Positions 41,950-56,846 of a stretch of DNA of 64,000 nucleotides are shown here, one piece after another. The position numbers and the translations under genes are program-made. The notes beneath the pieces are model-generated. The model made no database searches and was not told where the DNA came from. It saw only the letters and a list, made by a program, of their open reading frames with translations. Source of the DNA: Octopus sinensis (lineage: Eukaryota); assembly GCF_006345805.1 (NCBI RefSeq), contig NC_043011.1, positions 64,988,464 through 65,052,463 on the forward strand. The letters run 5' to 3'. How positions within the stretch are numbered: the stretch's first letter is position 1; every line of letters begins with the position of its first letter.

Positions 41950-42001
41950 GGTTGTGTCGCTTAACCACCGTGATCTCTTCATAAATAACACTTCTAGATT
42001 G

Positions 42002-42014
42002 CTTATTTTTAATA
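42002..42014 (-). promoter_or_regulatory. Putative TATA-like box TATTAAAAATAAG of unit B
   Basis: Identical to 11094-11106. Confidence 0.5.
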
Positions 42015-42620
42015 CAATGTAACATATGTCTCTCTTCAAAAGTGTTGATACTTGTATTCGTAAAAATAAGATGCCGTAATTTTTATGGAGTCAGCTAACT
42101 TCATCTAAATTATAGCTCTAATTAGCAAGCTGTTCAGCGCTATATATTGTTAACCGATATATCAAGCTAATTCCGAGTCTTACTGAAAAAATTTATACAC
42201 AAAGATCTAGAAACTTAGCTCAAAGACACGTTATAAATTTATGAATATATATGTCTGTGTTTGTGTGTGTGTGTTAGTGCGTCTGTGTTTTTGTGTGAAT
42301 ACATATATATACGTGTGTGTGTTGAGAGAAAAGGCAAACGCTATTGGCATTTCTTTCCTAATTTAACCAATGTATACACATACACACACACTCACACACA
42401 GAACACTCTCACGCACGCGTACACGCACACACAGTGCGTAAGATATCTTAGTGTAAGAATCGATCATAGGATATGCTCTTTCTAAGCATAGTACTTGGTG
42501 TACCCGCTTTTATTCCCGACCATTAAGTTACGACGGCGTAAACTAAGCAACAGCAGTTGTCAAGCGATGGCTTGGGAACACACACACACACATTCACATA
42601 CGCATAAATATATGTATGCA

Positions 42621-42696
<76 letters not shown>

Positions 42697-43039
42697 CATA
42701 TATATGCATATACAAACACACAGGTACACCCGCCATATTATATTTATATATATATTTCTTTACTACCTGTAAGGGGCTAAATACAGAGGGGACAAACAAG
42801 GACAGACAAACGGATTAAGACGATTACATCGACCTCAGTGCGTAACTGGTACTTAATTTATCGACCCCGAAAGGATGAAAGTCGACCACGGCGGAATTTG
42901 AACTCAGAACGTAACGTCAGACGTAATAAAGGCTACGAGTTTCGCCCGGCGTGCTAACTTTTCTGCCACCTCGCCGTATACGTATATATATATATAAATA
43001 TATTGCGGATGTACCTGTGTGTTTGTATATGCATATATA

Positions 43040-44294
43040 CAGGGTGGGGAAGCAAAATTTACAATATTTTGAGGCAGGGATTGAAAGACATTGTATGACT
43101 AATTAGTTTATTGAAAGTCATGAGAATTATTTGCCACAAGAAAATTTACATAACAGAAAATGTTTTTATTCTATTTGTCCTCCTTCTTTCTAAATAACTG
43201 CCTTCACGCACTTCCTGAAACTTGCGCAATTGTCCCTCAAATATTCGGGAGACAAAGTCTCCCATTCTTCTTTAATACTATCTTTAAGAGAGTCGACATT
43301 ACTGTGTGATGTTCTATTGGTAGCATGTTCTAAAACGCCCCAAATAGCATAATCCAGAGGGTTTAGATCTGGGCTAGAAGGTTGCCCTAATCATGATTCC
43401 CAAAAATTGCTAAAGTTGGATTTGCAGAAATCTTGTATTTTTCTAGCTGTGTGGGCTGGAGCACCATCCTGTGTCCATACATAATTGCCATCTGGGTAGT
43501 TTGCTTTAAGCCATGGCAATACCTGGTATATCAGAGTCTTGTAGTAAGTATTAACATTGATCTTTTCATCAGCTTTGTAGAATTTTATACGCACTTTCTT
43601 TTTATCGGAAACCAACAACACCAAAAGCCATAACTTGAGCAGGATGTTTTGTTTTGAATGTCCCCTTAAACTCAGCTGTTGATTTTGCAATAAATCTGCC
43701 ATTTCTGCGGTTCAGAACAGCATCGACACTGAAGACATTTTCATCTAAAAAAGATCGTTACAATGGAGGACTTTTTCTTGAACCATATAATTTTTTTCTT
43801 GCACCTTTCCAATCTCTTTTCCATCATAGCTGTTGTCAACAAGTATTTTGGTGTTCTTGTGTAAGATTTTAACCTCAAATCATATATTACTGCATTTCTA
43901 ATGGTCTTGTTGACTACCTCAAGTTCAGTTGCCATTTTTCTCATGGATTTGGTTGGATCCTTTAGGAATTTGGATTTCAGAGCTTTAATAAAAGCTTTGG
44001 TACATATTTGTTGATTCCTCCACTTCCAGACCTCCTCATAATAGTTTTGCTCATAGTCATTCTATTCTTTACATTATCAACAGTCTTTATGGACACTCCA
44101 ACTATCCTTGAAATCTCCTTTAGTGTGACGAGTGCATTCACCAAATCACACACTCTTTGACATTTGCTTTCCTGATTACTCATATGGGCAAAAGTTTCTG
44201 AAAAGGTAACGATAATAGTTTCAAAACAATTGACTTAGTTCCTCCTGAGAAAAAACAACTTAACGTTCATTGTAAATTGTGCTTCCTCACCCTG
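43040..44294 (-). mobile_element. Tc1/mariner superfamily transposon, DD37D (maT-like), TIR-bounded with a disrupted transposase
   Basis: TIRs cagggtggggaagcaaaatttacaat / attgtaaattgtgcttcctcaccctg, flanked by TA; QDGAPAH to DLNPLDY spacing of 37 residues. Confidence 0.88.
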
Positions 44295-44527
44295 TATATA
44301 TATATATATATATAGTTAAAGTTAATCCAAACAAGAAAGCACAAAAAAACACAAAAACGCGAGGACGGGGAACAAATATATTATTAATGGACGCTCAGGA
44401 AAGAAGGAAAGAAGGAGGGTTTAACGTTTCGAGCGGAGCTCTTCGTCGGAAACATAGGAGAAGGAAAGATCCAGAGAAGGGAAGAGAGAGGAAATAATCG
44501 CCAACGGTACACACGAGGTGACATTTT

Positions 44528-44589
<62 letters not shown>

Positions 44590-45772
44590 TATGTATATAT
44601 ATATATACATATATATACATATATATAGACGCAAGAGTGGCTGTGTAGTAAGTAGCTTGTTTACCAACCACATGGTTCCGGGTTCAGTCCCACTGCGTTG
44701 CACCTTGGGCAAGTGTCTTCTACTATAGCCTCGGGCCGACCAAATCCTTGTGAGTGGATTTGGTAGACGGAAACTGAAAGAAGCCCGTCGTATATATGTA
44801 TATATATATATATATGCGTGTGTGTGTTTGTGTGTCTGTGTTTGTCCTCCTAGCATTGCTTGACAACCGATGCTGCTGTGTTTATATCCCCGTTACTGAG
44901 CAGTTCGGCAAAAGAGACCGATGGAATAAGTACTTGGCTTACAAAGAATAAGTCCCGGGGTCGATTTTTTCGACTAAAAGTGGTGCTCCAGCATGGCTAC
45001 ACTCAAATGACTGAACCAAATAAAAGAATAAACGAGTATGAATCACTTTCGGAGTCTCGACTGCTATTTTGATTTAAGCCAAGTGACGTCAGAGAAAACT
45101 GACAACGGTTTGAGACTTTTCTCCTGCAGCCCTCTCTCTGATATTTCGGAACATTTGTGATAACGTGAGAATAATGCTATGAGTCATAATTCCATGCATT
45201 TAAGCAAACACTTATATAACACACACACACACATCTGAAACACACATACATAGAAACAAACACATATACATTTACAGACTCATTCACCCACACTTACATG
45301 CACACGAAAACGTATCAATAAGTGTGCATCCTGAGTATTGACAGAGTGTTCATGTAGCAATGCATTATACAGATCATTTTATGACGACAGGAAGTGCCAA
45401 CATTTAAACCGAAATAATACAGAAAGACTGAGCACATATTCGTTCATCGCGGATAATTAGTGAAAAGAAAATTAAATGTTTAACAATGGAATGCGTTAAA
45501 CTTGCATCGGAAATGAGAACAGTCTAAAATCAGCTCTGAGGGAAAAATGGACAACGTGTCATAATACGTATGATAGATACAACATGATGAGCGATATCTA
45601 TAACGCAGCCCATTGCAACATCAAATATAATACCTGTATATTTATTATTAGCATCATGCTAACGTGCGAAGAAAAACACATAAGCGAGGGAAGTCTAATT
45701 ATATTTCAGAGACTTTACCAATCCCTCTGTCAGTCTATTTATCTACCAACATTTGGGTCACCCGCTTGCGCG

Positions 45773-45867
<95 letters not shown>

Positions 45868-45997
45868 GTGTGTGTGTGTGCGCGTGTGTGAATGGTCTGA
45901 TCATTAACATCCTCCGACAATAGCTGAACTGTCTTAAAGTACAGAGTTTGTCTATCAACCTATACCTATTTCTCTGTCTCTCTCTCCCTCTCTCTCC

Positions 45998-46048
<51 letters not shown>

Positions 46049-46347
46049 GGTATGCATGCATGTATGTATGTATACATACCATGTGTGTATGTGTGTGTAT
46101 TAATAAAAGCCATTAAAACCTCCATTTTCTTTGCCGAAAACCGTTACGAATCCAAATCCTCACTAATCCTCTGGGGAATTTCTTAATGCCTTTGTTTGTC
46201 AATATTGTTTTGTTCCAGATTTTGGCCATTTCAAGGTCTCTGCGCATTAAATACTTTTTTTTGCGCTGCATTTCTTCGTCTAACAAGTCTTGCATCAATT
46301 TCTCCTCATAATTTCTTCCGTTCATACACACACACACGCACACACGT

Positions 46348-46428
<81 letters not shown>

Positions 46429-46747
46429 TTATAAATGGATATCGTAAAAGTGTCGGCTGATAGCTGTACGTAAATAGGTACGATTAAATATTATTGTTTT
46501 TTGTTGCGTTGAATTTAAAGGTATTCTTGTTGATATTGTTCTGAATTCTAGCTTTGACTTCCGGAAGTCGATAAACAACGCCGATGGCAGACAATTCTTA
46601 CAATATAGCGATAACAACATGAAATTTTGAAAATTGTTACGTTCATATATGGGAATAATTTCGGTGATGTATTTCTTAAAGTACCAACCTGTAAACAATT
46701 TTAAATTAGCAGGAACGCAGTTTCGTAAATAAATGTATACACGCATA

Positions 46748-47035
46748 TGTTAGTTAGTTAGTTAGTTAGTTAGTTAATTTGGCTCAAAAGCAAATAGCAA
46801 GGCCATGTAGGGGGACATGGAGTTAAGTACAGGGTGGTGTTCATATAAAGAGTTCAGGCCACTTGAGGTCAAGGGAGGCTTTGAACAAAGCGGTCGTCGG
46901 CATCTTCACCATCTCGTCTGGCAGCTTGTTCCACGGATCCGCAACCCGGACGGAGAAAGCTCCTCTCCTTCGATTGAGATGAAATCGTCGCAGGTAGAGC
47001 TTTTCGGAATGACCCCGCAGCCGGAAAGAAAACCC
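46748..47035 (-). mobile_element. CR1-like LINE 3' end with (TAAC)n tail
   Basis: RGHSEKL...RRGAFSVRVADPWNKLPDE...FKASLD; ttag repeats at 46748-46776. Confidence 0.8.
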
Positions 47036-47173
47036 ATGCACGGAAAGAAACGCAAGCACGCGCCCGTGCACACACGTACCCACGCACACTAGATGAAAAA
47101 AACACAGAAATGAACACACAGACATATAGAGAGAGGAATAGACAGATAGATAGATCTATCGATAGATAGACAG

Positions 47174-47234
<61 letters not shown>

Positions 47235-47751
47235 TGATATTTCAACGTTTATCAGTAAAAGTTTCACCTATTATTACCATCAACAATACTTTGAAACGAA
47301 CAAAAAGGAACGCAGTGTAAATAACGGACAGTCAAAGCTATTGAAAGAGTTGGAAGAGGTAAACTTTAGGAAGAAAAAAGAAAAACGTGGAAATTTTACC
47401 GGTGAGTGTGTTACATAATAAGGCACAAAAAGGAAATGACTCTCAGCAGACAATAGAAAATGCTTCAACACAAGAACTCATATAAAGAATCTTGCAACCA
47501 AATCCAAAAAAGAAATCTTGAATATTTTCTGGTTGATTTTGTAACCATTAGTTTCAAAATTGTAATCAGTAGATGACCTTGAAGTTAGAAGAATGAAGAA
47601 AATATGAAACAGAGAAAGTAATAAGATTCGGGTGTTTACTTCCTTCGCTACGGATTTCAAATAACTAGCATTTGTTGAACCAATAAAAATTACAGAACAA
47701 TGCAAAGAAATCGTTATTGCATAATTCTTTTTTAACTTTAAATTAATAACA

Positions 47752-47799
47752 TTATAGAGTAAAGACAAGAAGAGGAAATGATATTCTTTCACCAAACAT
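47752..47799 (-). pseudogene. Six-Cys family unit C, terminal exon (MFGERISFPLLVFTL*)
   Basis: ttctcgtttcag acceptor; homologous to 14609-14665; TAA where unit B has TTA; exons 1-3 not found upstream. Confidence 0.6.
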
Positions 47800-49628
47800 C
47801 TGAAACGAGAATCGTAGACAATGCATACATTTAAATTCAAAGTAACTTGGTATAAATTATACGAGACAGTTTTTGTTTACAGAAGGGAAGTCTAAAATGT
47901 GCATAGTCTGCCTATTGAGGATTAATGCCAGAGCTCTGCATTCTTGCATTCATTAATTTGAATGTTACAGCATTTCAACTCTTACTAGTAACTGACATCT
48001 GCCAGTTCACAGCGACTTCAAACACAAGTACAGACGTTCATGGGTGACAGACAAATGATTATAAATCAAGTATTCAATGATATTAGTTTATCGCCTGAGA
48101 ATTTTTACTCTATTCACTTCAAGGCATTTTGCATGGCAACGAATTCTTCTCGGTGCAGACGGATCTGTTCACGGAAAAATCTGATATGGTGTAAAGCAGG
48201 CGCAGTTGCTTTTATTGGATCTTCATTAACACCGTATAAGTATTGCCTTTATCACTCTGACCTAGCGAAAACGACACAAAACACCCCTACGAACCTACTC
48301 CTAATAAAGTCAAGTTGTTTCATTTGTAGGAATGTTGATAGACTATTGGGATGCAAAGTAATTGTGCTTATTGACTGCCTCCAAAAGGGCCATAATATCA
48401 ATGGATGGTAATATGACAATTTGCTGATTTAAGGTGAAAATACCTATTGACACAACGCCCAGGAAAACAGACGAAACGACTTATGTTCTATAAGGAAAAT
48501 GATCCAGCACAAACGTCAGTGTTTTTCATGGCTGCTGGTCTTTGAACTCGTAATTATGCCATTTATTCTCCTAATTTGGTCCCATCTCATTACCATCCAC
48601 TCCCAAAACCAAAAGTATTATTTGCTGGCATCCCCTCTCACTATCAATAATTCACCAATATAAGGCGGCGAGCTGGCAGAATCGTTAGCGCGTCGGGCGA
48701 AATGCTTATCTTTATTTCGTCTGCCGCTACTTTATGAGTTCAAATTCCGCCGAGGTCGACTTTGCCTTTCATTCTATCGGGGTCGATTGAGTAAGTACCA
48801 GTTACGCACTGGGGTCGATATAATCGACTTAATCCGTTTGTCAGGTCCTTGTTTGTTCTCTCTGTGTTTAGCCCCTTGTGGGTAGTAAAGAAATAGGTAT
48901 TTCGTGTGTATTTACGTTCATATTCCTTTTGGAATAGAATTATTAAATACCAGTTGTGTACTGGGGTGGATGTAATCGACTGGTCCGCTCCTCAAATATA
49001 TCGGGCCTTATGCCTAGATTAGAAAAGAATAATTCCTCAATGTGAGAGAAATAATTTGCTGGCATCCTGTATCGCAATAATGAGGCAGTGATATCACCAA
49101 AAGGATTACAGTTTTTTCATGAATGGAATACGCGCACTAAAACAGCGCAGGAAATATGCATGTATTTTTCACTCAATCCTTGTATATTCATCTGGTGTTG
49201 AAATTCACCAGCCAGCTTATTGAACCAGTTCCTGATAACTTTGAATTTGAGACCCAAACATCAGGATGAAGTTACCATGAATTCAATGATCATATCTCAG
49301 TCTGGTAAGTTCAGTCTGGCGCATGATGACACAGAGTAACTCGTTCGAGCTACTTGTACGCGATAACTAATTCACTTATTCAGGTCTCAGGAACTTTACA
49401 AGGTATAAAGCAAAACACTTGGAGATTATAGAAGTATTCTATATATTACAACTTTCACTATCTGAAAGTAATTCCTGAATATCATTAGATACTTCTCTCA
49501 CCCAGAAAATTTATTGTTAAATGTCATAGGAAAAAAGTTGTTCCTATAAACATATTCGGTTTAATTTAAGAATGAAACCCTGAATAGTAAAAATATTTTG
49601 AAGCAGTAGCTACAATAAAATGAAGTAC

Positions 49629-49655
49629 ATCATTACTCTTAGACGTGCTTTCTGT
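49629..49655 (-). pseudogene. Six-Cys family unit C, linker microexon (TESTSKSND)
   Basis: tttgttttcag|27 nt|GTACTT (weaker donor); resembles microexon 19289-19321. Confidence 0.58.
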
Positions 49656-50307
49656 CTGAAAACAAAATCAAATGTATTTCTTGGAAAGAACATTCAACAA
49701 TTTAGCATTTGCTGTATGATCAAACATTCAGGTTATTGATATGCACATAAATTGTACCATACAAGTCCCAATATAAAAATTATTTAGTATACACTTTATG
49801 TCCATTCCTTATTAAAATAAAATTATAGGCTGTATTTAATTATCTTAACGTAGCAATAACTCAGCGATTTGTGTTTGTTATAAAATATAAAATAAGTAAA
49901 AACCAACTGATTTTTATTCCAAAGAAATCTTGGTTTATGTCTCTGCCACTGAAATTGTCTATTTTCCCCTATCCATAAATGATAGATTCTAGATTCTACT
50001 TGACTTGATAAACTAGTCTATAAATTAAAAATAACCGCACCCCACTAGTAAATCTAAATAACAAATATAATCCATGATAAGCAGTGTCTTCCTTTGAAAC
50101 ATCTCAGTTACAACTACGATGTTGTTGATGAAACATGTTCTTTGTCTATATAAGTATCCTCTTTGTGATTTTGGATAAAAGGAATACTATAGAAATGAAT
50201 CCTTCGAATTTTACTAAATTGATGTAATGTTTGCATTGTTCAATTAAATGGAGTCGCATGAAACGATCGTAGTGCATTAACTCTGGATATCCTTGTTGCT
50301 TATTTTG

Positions 50308-50392
<85 letters not shown>

Positions 50393-52451
50393 TATAAATA
50401 TAATATATATATATATATATATATCATTATATATATAATATATATATGTATGTGTGTGTGCATGTATATGTATGGTGGTTGTTTAAACCTCATGTAGTGT
50501 CTGTCCACCACTTGAACTTAGACCTCAGAGGGAGGGGCTGATGCATCCTTTTAAGTCCAAGAATGGTTTGAGAAGCAACGCAAATGTGTTGCATAACTGC
50601 TGTGGTCCACCAAGAGAATCAATTAAGTTTTTCGTCGATGTAAAATGTGTTTTGAAGGCTCCGTTAGATTTGCAGATATCATGGCGTTAGATGCATTGAC
50701 AAGTATGCACAGATACATAAACAGAGTAGTTAGTGGAGGTTCGATTCGAAAGCGTCCGCAAATGAGATTTTAGGCCATCAAAAGAAAAGCACGGTCTGAC
50801 ACAACTTGTACACAAAAATATGTTTTGGGATTTAATTCTCTCATTGATCGTAGCATATTTCTTTAAAGTTATTTGGAGTTTCGCACCGGTTATCCTGTTT
50901 CCTTCAAAAGCTTTCACTCAACGCCACATTTTCTTTCGGCATCCAGCTCGATCCGTAGTAAGGGATTTTTATCGCCTTTGTATCCATTCCAAGGGAATTG
51001 AAGATGGTCCTTATACAGGAGTCTTCAAGCAATTGTTACGTTTCCATTGAACGCGTCCTGAGCGTACGTCTAAGTGTCAGTTGACGAATAGGAAAATATC
51101 TTCCTCTCCCGTTTCAACCGCGGTACCGCAGACTGTACACTACAATATTTTCAGCCTTACATTTTACTATGAAAAAGGAAGTAAATCTGATCCCCACATC
51201 ATTTTTCTTATATCATGCGCACCATGGGTTTTCAGAGGATATGCGGATTAGTTTCGGTTCACTCCAGGCTATTATCAATAAAAGTTTGGGTATGAGACGC
51301 GTGTTTGTCAAGTTAATGCCAGAAGTGGTTTGAGCTGCAAAAGTTCTTCTTCATTGGACAATGATGAAAACTCTTTGAACACTTTTTGCAGGCCTCTAAA
51401 CGGCTGGCACCAAGCTCTTCGTAAGATGTTACGTAGATTCTAAACTCAGCTTTCTCTGTCATACTAAATGCTGCATACGTCTCTTCGAAGCACTGCTGCA
51501 GACAGCAGAAGTGAACCAAAATGCTAAAACATAATGCCCATGGGCAGCAAAGACCACGTCAATCTCTGCCAAGCGGCTTTAGCTTCGTTACTTTGGCAAC
51601 AATCAAGATACTTATAGATCAGACAACGTATTGTACTTATCAAAAAAATATTTAATTGTCAACAGATGGAGTTATGTTTTAGTTGATATTATAGACATTG
51701 AATTGCACGGAACACGGCGGAAGCGCGGCATGGTAGTAATCTGATGACTGACAGAAGAAGGTATACATATATATACTGTGAGAATCGCATGTTAATGTTT
51801 GTATTCATGTTAATCAATAATATGTAAGAAAGAAGGGAAGATGTATGTGCGTCCGTATGTGACGGGCGATTAGGTTTACTTCACCATTGCTAGATGCATT
51901 ACTTAAGTTCTACAGATGGTTCTACGCTCTTTAGAATTTTCAGTTATGGAGTAAAAGATGTAATTGGACTTCTAGGACAAAAATTCAGATAAACCTTGTA
52001 CGGAAACTGTTATGGACAAGGGATGTAACAAAGAGAAATTCATTGTCTACCATACACCGTAATATACGTGTGTGTGTATGAGTGTGTGTGTATGAGTGTA
52101 TTTGTGTGTGTGTGTGTATGTGTGAATCCAACCATAGCTCCTTGAGAAGTAGCATTCAGAAATTGATTGCATTTTTTACAAAAATACAGCCTCTTTCCCC
52201 GGCCTTCGCACATCCTACAACAGTAACAGTCAAAAATTCAAACAATACATTTCCTGAAAACGAGTCCCTTCTGAATTCCGCTCAGTTTCCTCAAAGACAT
52301 CTATATATACACTGGCGAAATCTTCTGTCGTTCCAATCACTTCGTTTCTCCAGCCGCCAAATTAATATTTCTGCTATATATGTTTTTTTATATTTCTTCG
52401 AATATCATATTTCTCTGTCTACGGAGAAAACATTTACTACATATGTACGTG

Positions 52452-52594
<143 letters not shown>

Positions 52595-52683
52595 GCATAT
52601 ATATATATACGCATATATATATATACGCATATATATATATACATATATATGTGCATATATATACATACATATATGTCCTGTTA

Positions 52684-52730
<47 letters not shown>

Positions 52731-52731
52731 G

Positions 52732-53205
52732 AGTGAGAGAGCAGTTCATGCCATCAAAGTGACACTGGGGTAAAATATACGAAGCCCAATATACCCATCA
52801 TGACTACCCGTTTGATAAAGGTACACCAGGCACATGCATCACAACCATATGTGCGCGACATGGTGATCTCATATCAAGATAAACAGCACATGACCTTGCA
52901 GGTGGGGCCCAGTTAGAATTTTCTTCAGTTTGAGTAACCCATCCTGCTCAAAAGGTCCCTGAATAAGGGTTGCTTTAGGATGTTGAACGAAACACCTATG
53001 TTTCCAGAGTTGAATTATTCAAACCCCAAAGAATCCCTCTCAACACATGGCCATGATGCTCCCCCACTACTTCTGCTCGTGATCAGAGATGCACATATCG
53101 TCAGCCACTAAGGGACATGCTCAACTGGTTAAGGTCAAATAACTGACAAGCAAATCTGTGGTATTGAGCAGAATATATGCTGTAGCCCATCTTTTATACC
53201 AAGAC
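52732..53205. repeat. Interspersed repeat flanked on both sides by (TTA)n
   Basis: Higher-GC block between two (TTA)n tracts; recalled as a common octopus repeat, not checked. Confidence 0.5.
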
Positions 53206-53263
<58 letters not shown>

Positions 53264-53603
53264 TTATTGTATTTTTGTATTTATATTCCTCTAACATCGT
53301 CTGTTTTCCGTCCTTGTTTTCGTATACATTCGCGGCTTTTTCCAAGTAATTTAATGCTCTTAGCTTAGCTTTTACTTGGCGACGGCCAGATTGGAGCAAT
53401 CTGAAGTTTAATCAACCGAAATTACGAGGATGATCCGTCCCTTGACTGAGGATAAAAGGCTTCGAATGACCCGTCCTTGTTATTGTCTTGTAAAATCTAT
53501 CTGGATGTTTTTGTTGTCCCTTTTTGTATCACCTAGTTGTCCGGGTGTTTTGCGTTCTATCCCATTTTGTATATATATATATATATGCATACTCGTACAT
53601 ATA

Positions 53604-53697
<94 letters not shown>

Positions 53698-53734
53698 TAT
53701 ATGTACATACCCATGTGTCTGCTTATGTATTTAT

Positions 53735-54960
53735 ACAGGCTGTTCCCCAAAACTGTATACACTCGTTAGATAATTCTAAATTAGGTGTTTATTAAAATAG
53801 ATTACGTTTTCAAAATTTTATAGAATCTACAGACTATTTTATTGTTTTGTCAACAACTGTTTGCAAACTGACGTCCGTTTTGTTTCACGCACTGTCGACA
53901 TCGCAAAGTAATGGGATCGCTAACATCACATTCTAGTTCAATTGTACATTCTTGTTAAATGGCTGCTCTCAAATGAGCGACTGCTGCAGGTTTCATAGAC
54001 ATTGTCTTTTAGGTATCCCCATAAAATTATCCAGTGGTGTGAGGTCTGGTGAACGTGGAGCGTATTCAACGAAACTCCTTCGTCCAATCGACCTGTTTAG
54101 AAAGATCTTATTAAGGAAGTATCTAACATCGTGATTGTAGTGTGGAGGTTCCCCATCTTCCTGAAAATAAAACTCCTCTTCTTCAGAGTCTTCCCTAATG
54201 CTTGGAATGACAGACTGTTGCAGCAAATTCAACTAAATGGGACCAATCACAGTAGCGTCAAAAATAATGGTCCAATCAATCATCTTGGTAATAAGCCACA
54301 CCACACTGTAACTCTTGTTAAATTAACACGGGGTTCCATTACAACATGCAGTCTCTCATGTCCCCAGCACGCCAAATTTTTGGCGGTTAATTGAGTAATT
54401 AATTTGAATGTGGCCTCATTACTCCTCACAATGTTCGTTGGAAAGCGTGCATCTTCTACACATCGTCAGAAGTACCAATCACAATACCACCCCCTTCGGT
54501 CTAGATCATAATTATTAGTAACTTTTCTAGTGACGACGCTTCAAAATACGTTGGACAGATTCTTTTGACATACCTACCTCACGACTCGCTTACCGCATAT
54601 AATTTCGTGGACTTTGGTGATATTTTTCCAGTAATCATTCTTCGAGTGTAGGAGTTGTCGATCTTCGTGGTCTTCCGAAACGCTTCTCTTGAACATTCTG
54701 AAGAGTTCCATTGGGTTGAAACTTATCTCTAAATTGGGGTATGGTAAGTCACATTGGTGGCTCTGTGTGAAACACCCTCTTAAACTGTCTTTGTACTTCA
54801 ACTGCGTTTTCTCACATTCTGTAGCATTTTCGAATGTATTTCCTTTGTTCAAAGCTTAGTCTATCTGTCATCTTTAATTCCACTGGTTTTCGTCAGGAAA
54901 GAAAACAAAGGAATTGAGTCCTCTGCTGCTAAAATGTATATTTATAAACCTTCGAAATAA
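53735..54960 (-). mobile_element. Decayed Tc1/mariner transposon (DUF4817-type HTH N-terminus)
   Basis: MTDRLSFEQRKYIRKCY..ENAVEVQRQF...FGRPR; FQEDGEPPHY; PRSPDLTPLD. Confidence 0.8.
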
Positions 54961-56273
54961 TCACTATAATCCACCTTAACCTATTTATAGAAAAACAGCG
55001 AAGGATATCTTATAATTCATGCCATTGCTTCTTCATTTCTCTCCTAATATTCGAAATTAAGTCCTCTTCCAAAATGTTGGCCCTATTTTGTCTATTATCC
55101 TACTATGCACACCAGTTTATATGCTAATCTCCAGTTTTAAACCGTACATGTGATGCTACTTAGCACTTATGCTGTTGCTGTCGACGATCTATGAAAGCGT
55201 CAATGGCAAGACAGGATTTCCTCCGATAAAAATATGGTACAACCTGAATCGTTTTGTTTTAATCATATTGATGACACCATTTTGATTTGACATTTTAAAA
55301 TTTTATATAAAGGTCTGATCAAAATGTATCGAGACTGTTACCATAGTAACTAATCTCGAGTAAGCTCAGTGAAGCTGCTTAGCAAAGAATGACCTGGAAC
55401 TCTGCTGCGAATGCGCACTAAGTTTTAACGTTCTGGCTCACTTACACTGATTACAGCAGTACTTGGAAATAATGTGTGTATCATGTGATCGTCGCATTGA
55501 CGAATGGTTCGAACGGTTGCAAAATAGCCGAAAATTTGTCGGCAGTGACACGCATTCTGGGAGACCCTCAAGCAGCTGAAGGGAACAACACATCGCAGGT
55601 GTGCACGTATCTGTGAGGGCATATCATTCAGCTTACCAAAGAAACAATATATACTTGGGCTTCTGTTGGAAAAAGACACTTGGTTTTTAGCTGCATATGA
55701 CCTTTGAAATCATTTCTTAGGACTCTGAGCAGGCATCGCCAAGTTCTTCACAAACTTTGATGTAAAATCTCTGCTCATGTTTCTCTTCCATGGTCTATGG
55801 ATCGATCGCACGCTATACACCTTGCTTCCAAGCGCTGTTGTAAACAGGGAATGTAAGCGAGAACACGTAATCTTCGTGGGCAAGAAGAGCAGTGTTCCAG
55901 CTGAAACTTTTGCAAGAGATTTTAGTTTACGTGCTTCAGCTTCGTTACTTTAGTAACAGTCCGGAAACTTATTGATGAGACTGCGTATACAATAATTGAG
56001 GATATGAATTTCACAAGAACCACCAACTGAACAATCGTACATTTGCAGAATCACTGTTTAATAATACATAGATATACACGCATACACACACATGTACTCA
56101 AACAAACAGACACACACACACATACACACACACACTCATACACACATACACACACACAGACTGATACAAACACACACATGCGAGGGGAGACATACATAAA
56201 GATAGATAGAAAGACAGACAGACATAGATAGATGGATGGATAGATTGATGGATATATAGATATATATATATAT

Positions 56274-56318
<45 letters not shown>

Positions 56319-56350
56319 TGGTTAGATAGATAGATAGATAGATAGATAAT

Positions 56351-56382
<32 letters not shown>

Positions 56383-56390
56383 CAGATGGT

Positions 56391-56428
<38 letters not shown>

Positions 56429-56455
56429 TATATATAGATATAGATAGATAGATAT

Positions 56456-56501
<46 letters not shown>

Positions 56502-56846
56502 CGATAGATAGATAGACAGATAGATGCATGGATAAAAAGAAAGATAGATAACTTTTTATTGTAGCCACACAGGGCTAAACACAGAATAAAAATGGACGAA
56601 ATACAATGTAGAATTTTTTCTTTTCGAGGTGGGATGGGTGGGGCAAAAAAAAAAAACGTTTGATCAAAAGGGATCTGTGGGTTGTGTGGTGTATAAAAAA
56701 GCAATATATATATATATATATATATAAGGTTCACAGTTTAGGTGTAGTCTTGGAAAGAAAAACCTACAAAAAAGACCAAGGTCACCTCAGACAATTCGAA
56801 AAAGAACACATGAGTAAGTCGCCTTACTTCTCGTTGTCTCTTTTGG

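Noticed and set aside
54574-54852. Cys-containing ORF (…CEKTQLKYKDSLRGCFTQSHQC…ICGK) ending at GT donors, a candidate missing exon of unit C
   Set aside because: Another frame of the same DNA is a Tc1/mariner transposase N-terminus (MTDRLSFEQRKYIRKCY...GRPR), and the Cys spacing does not match the family
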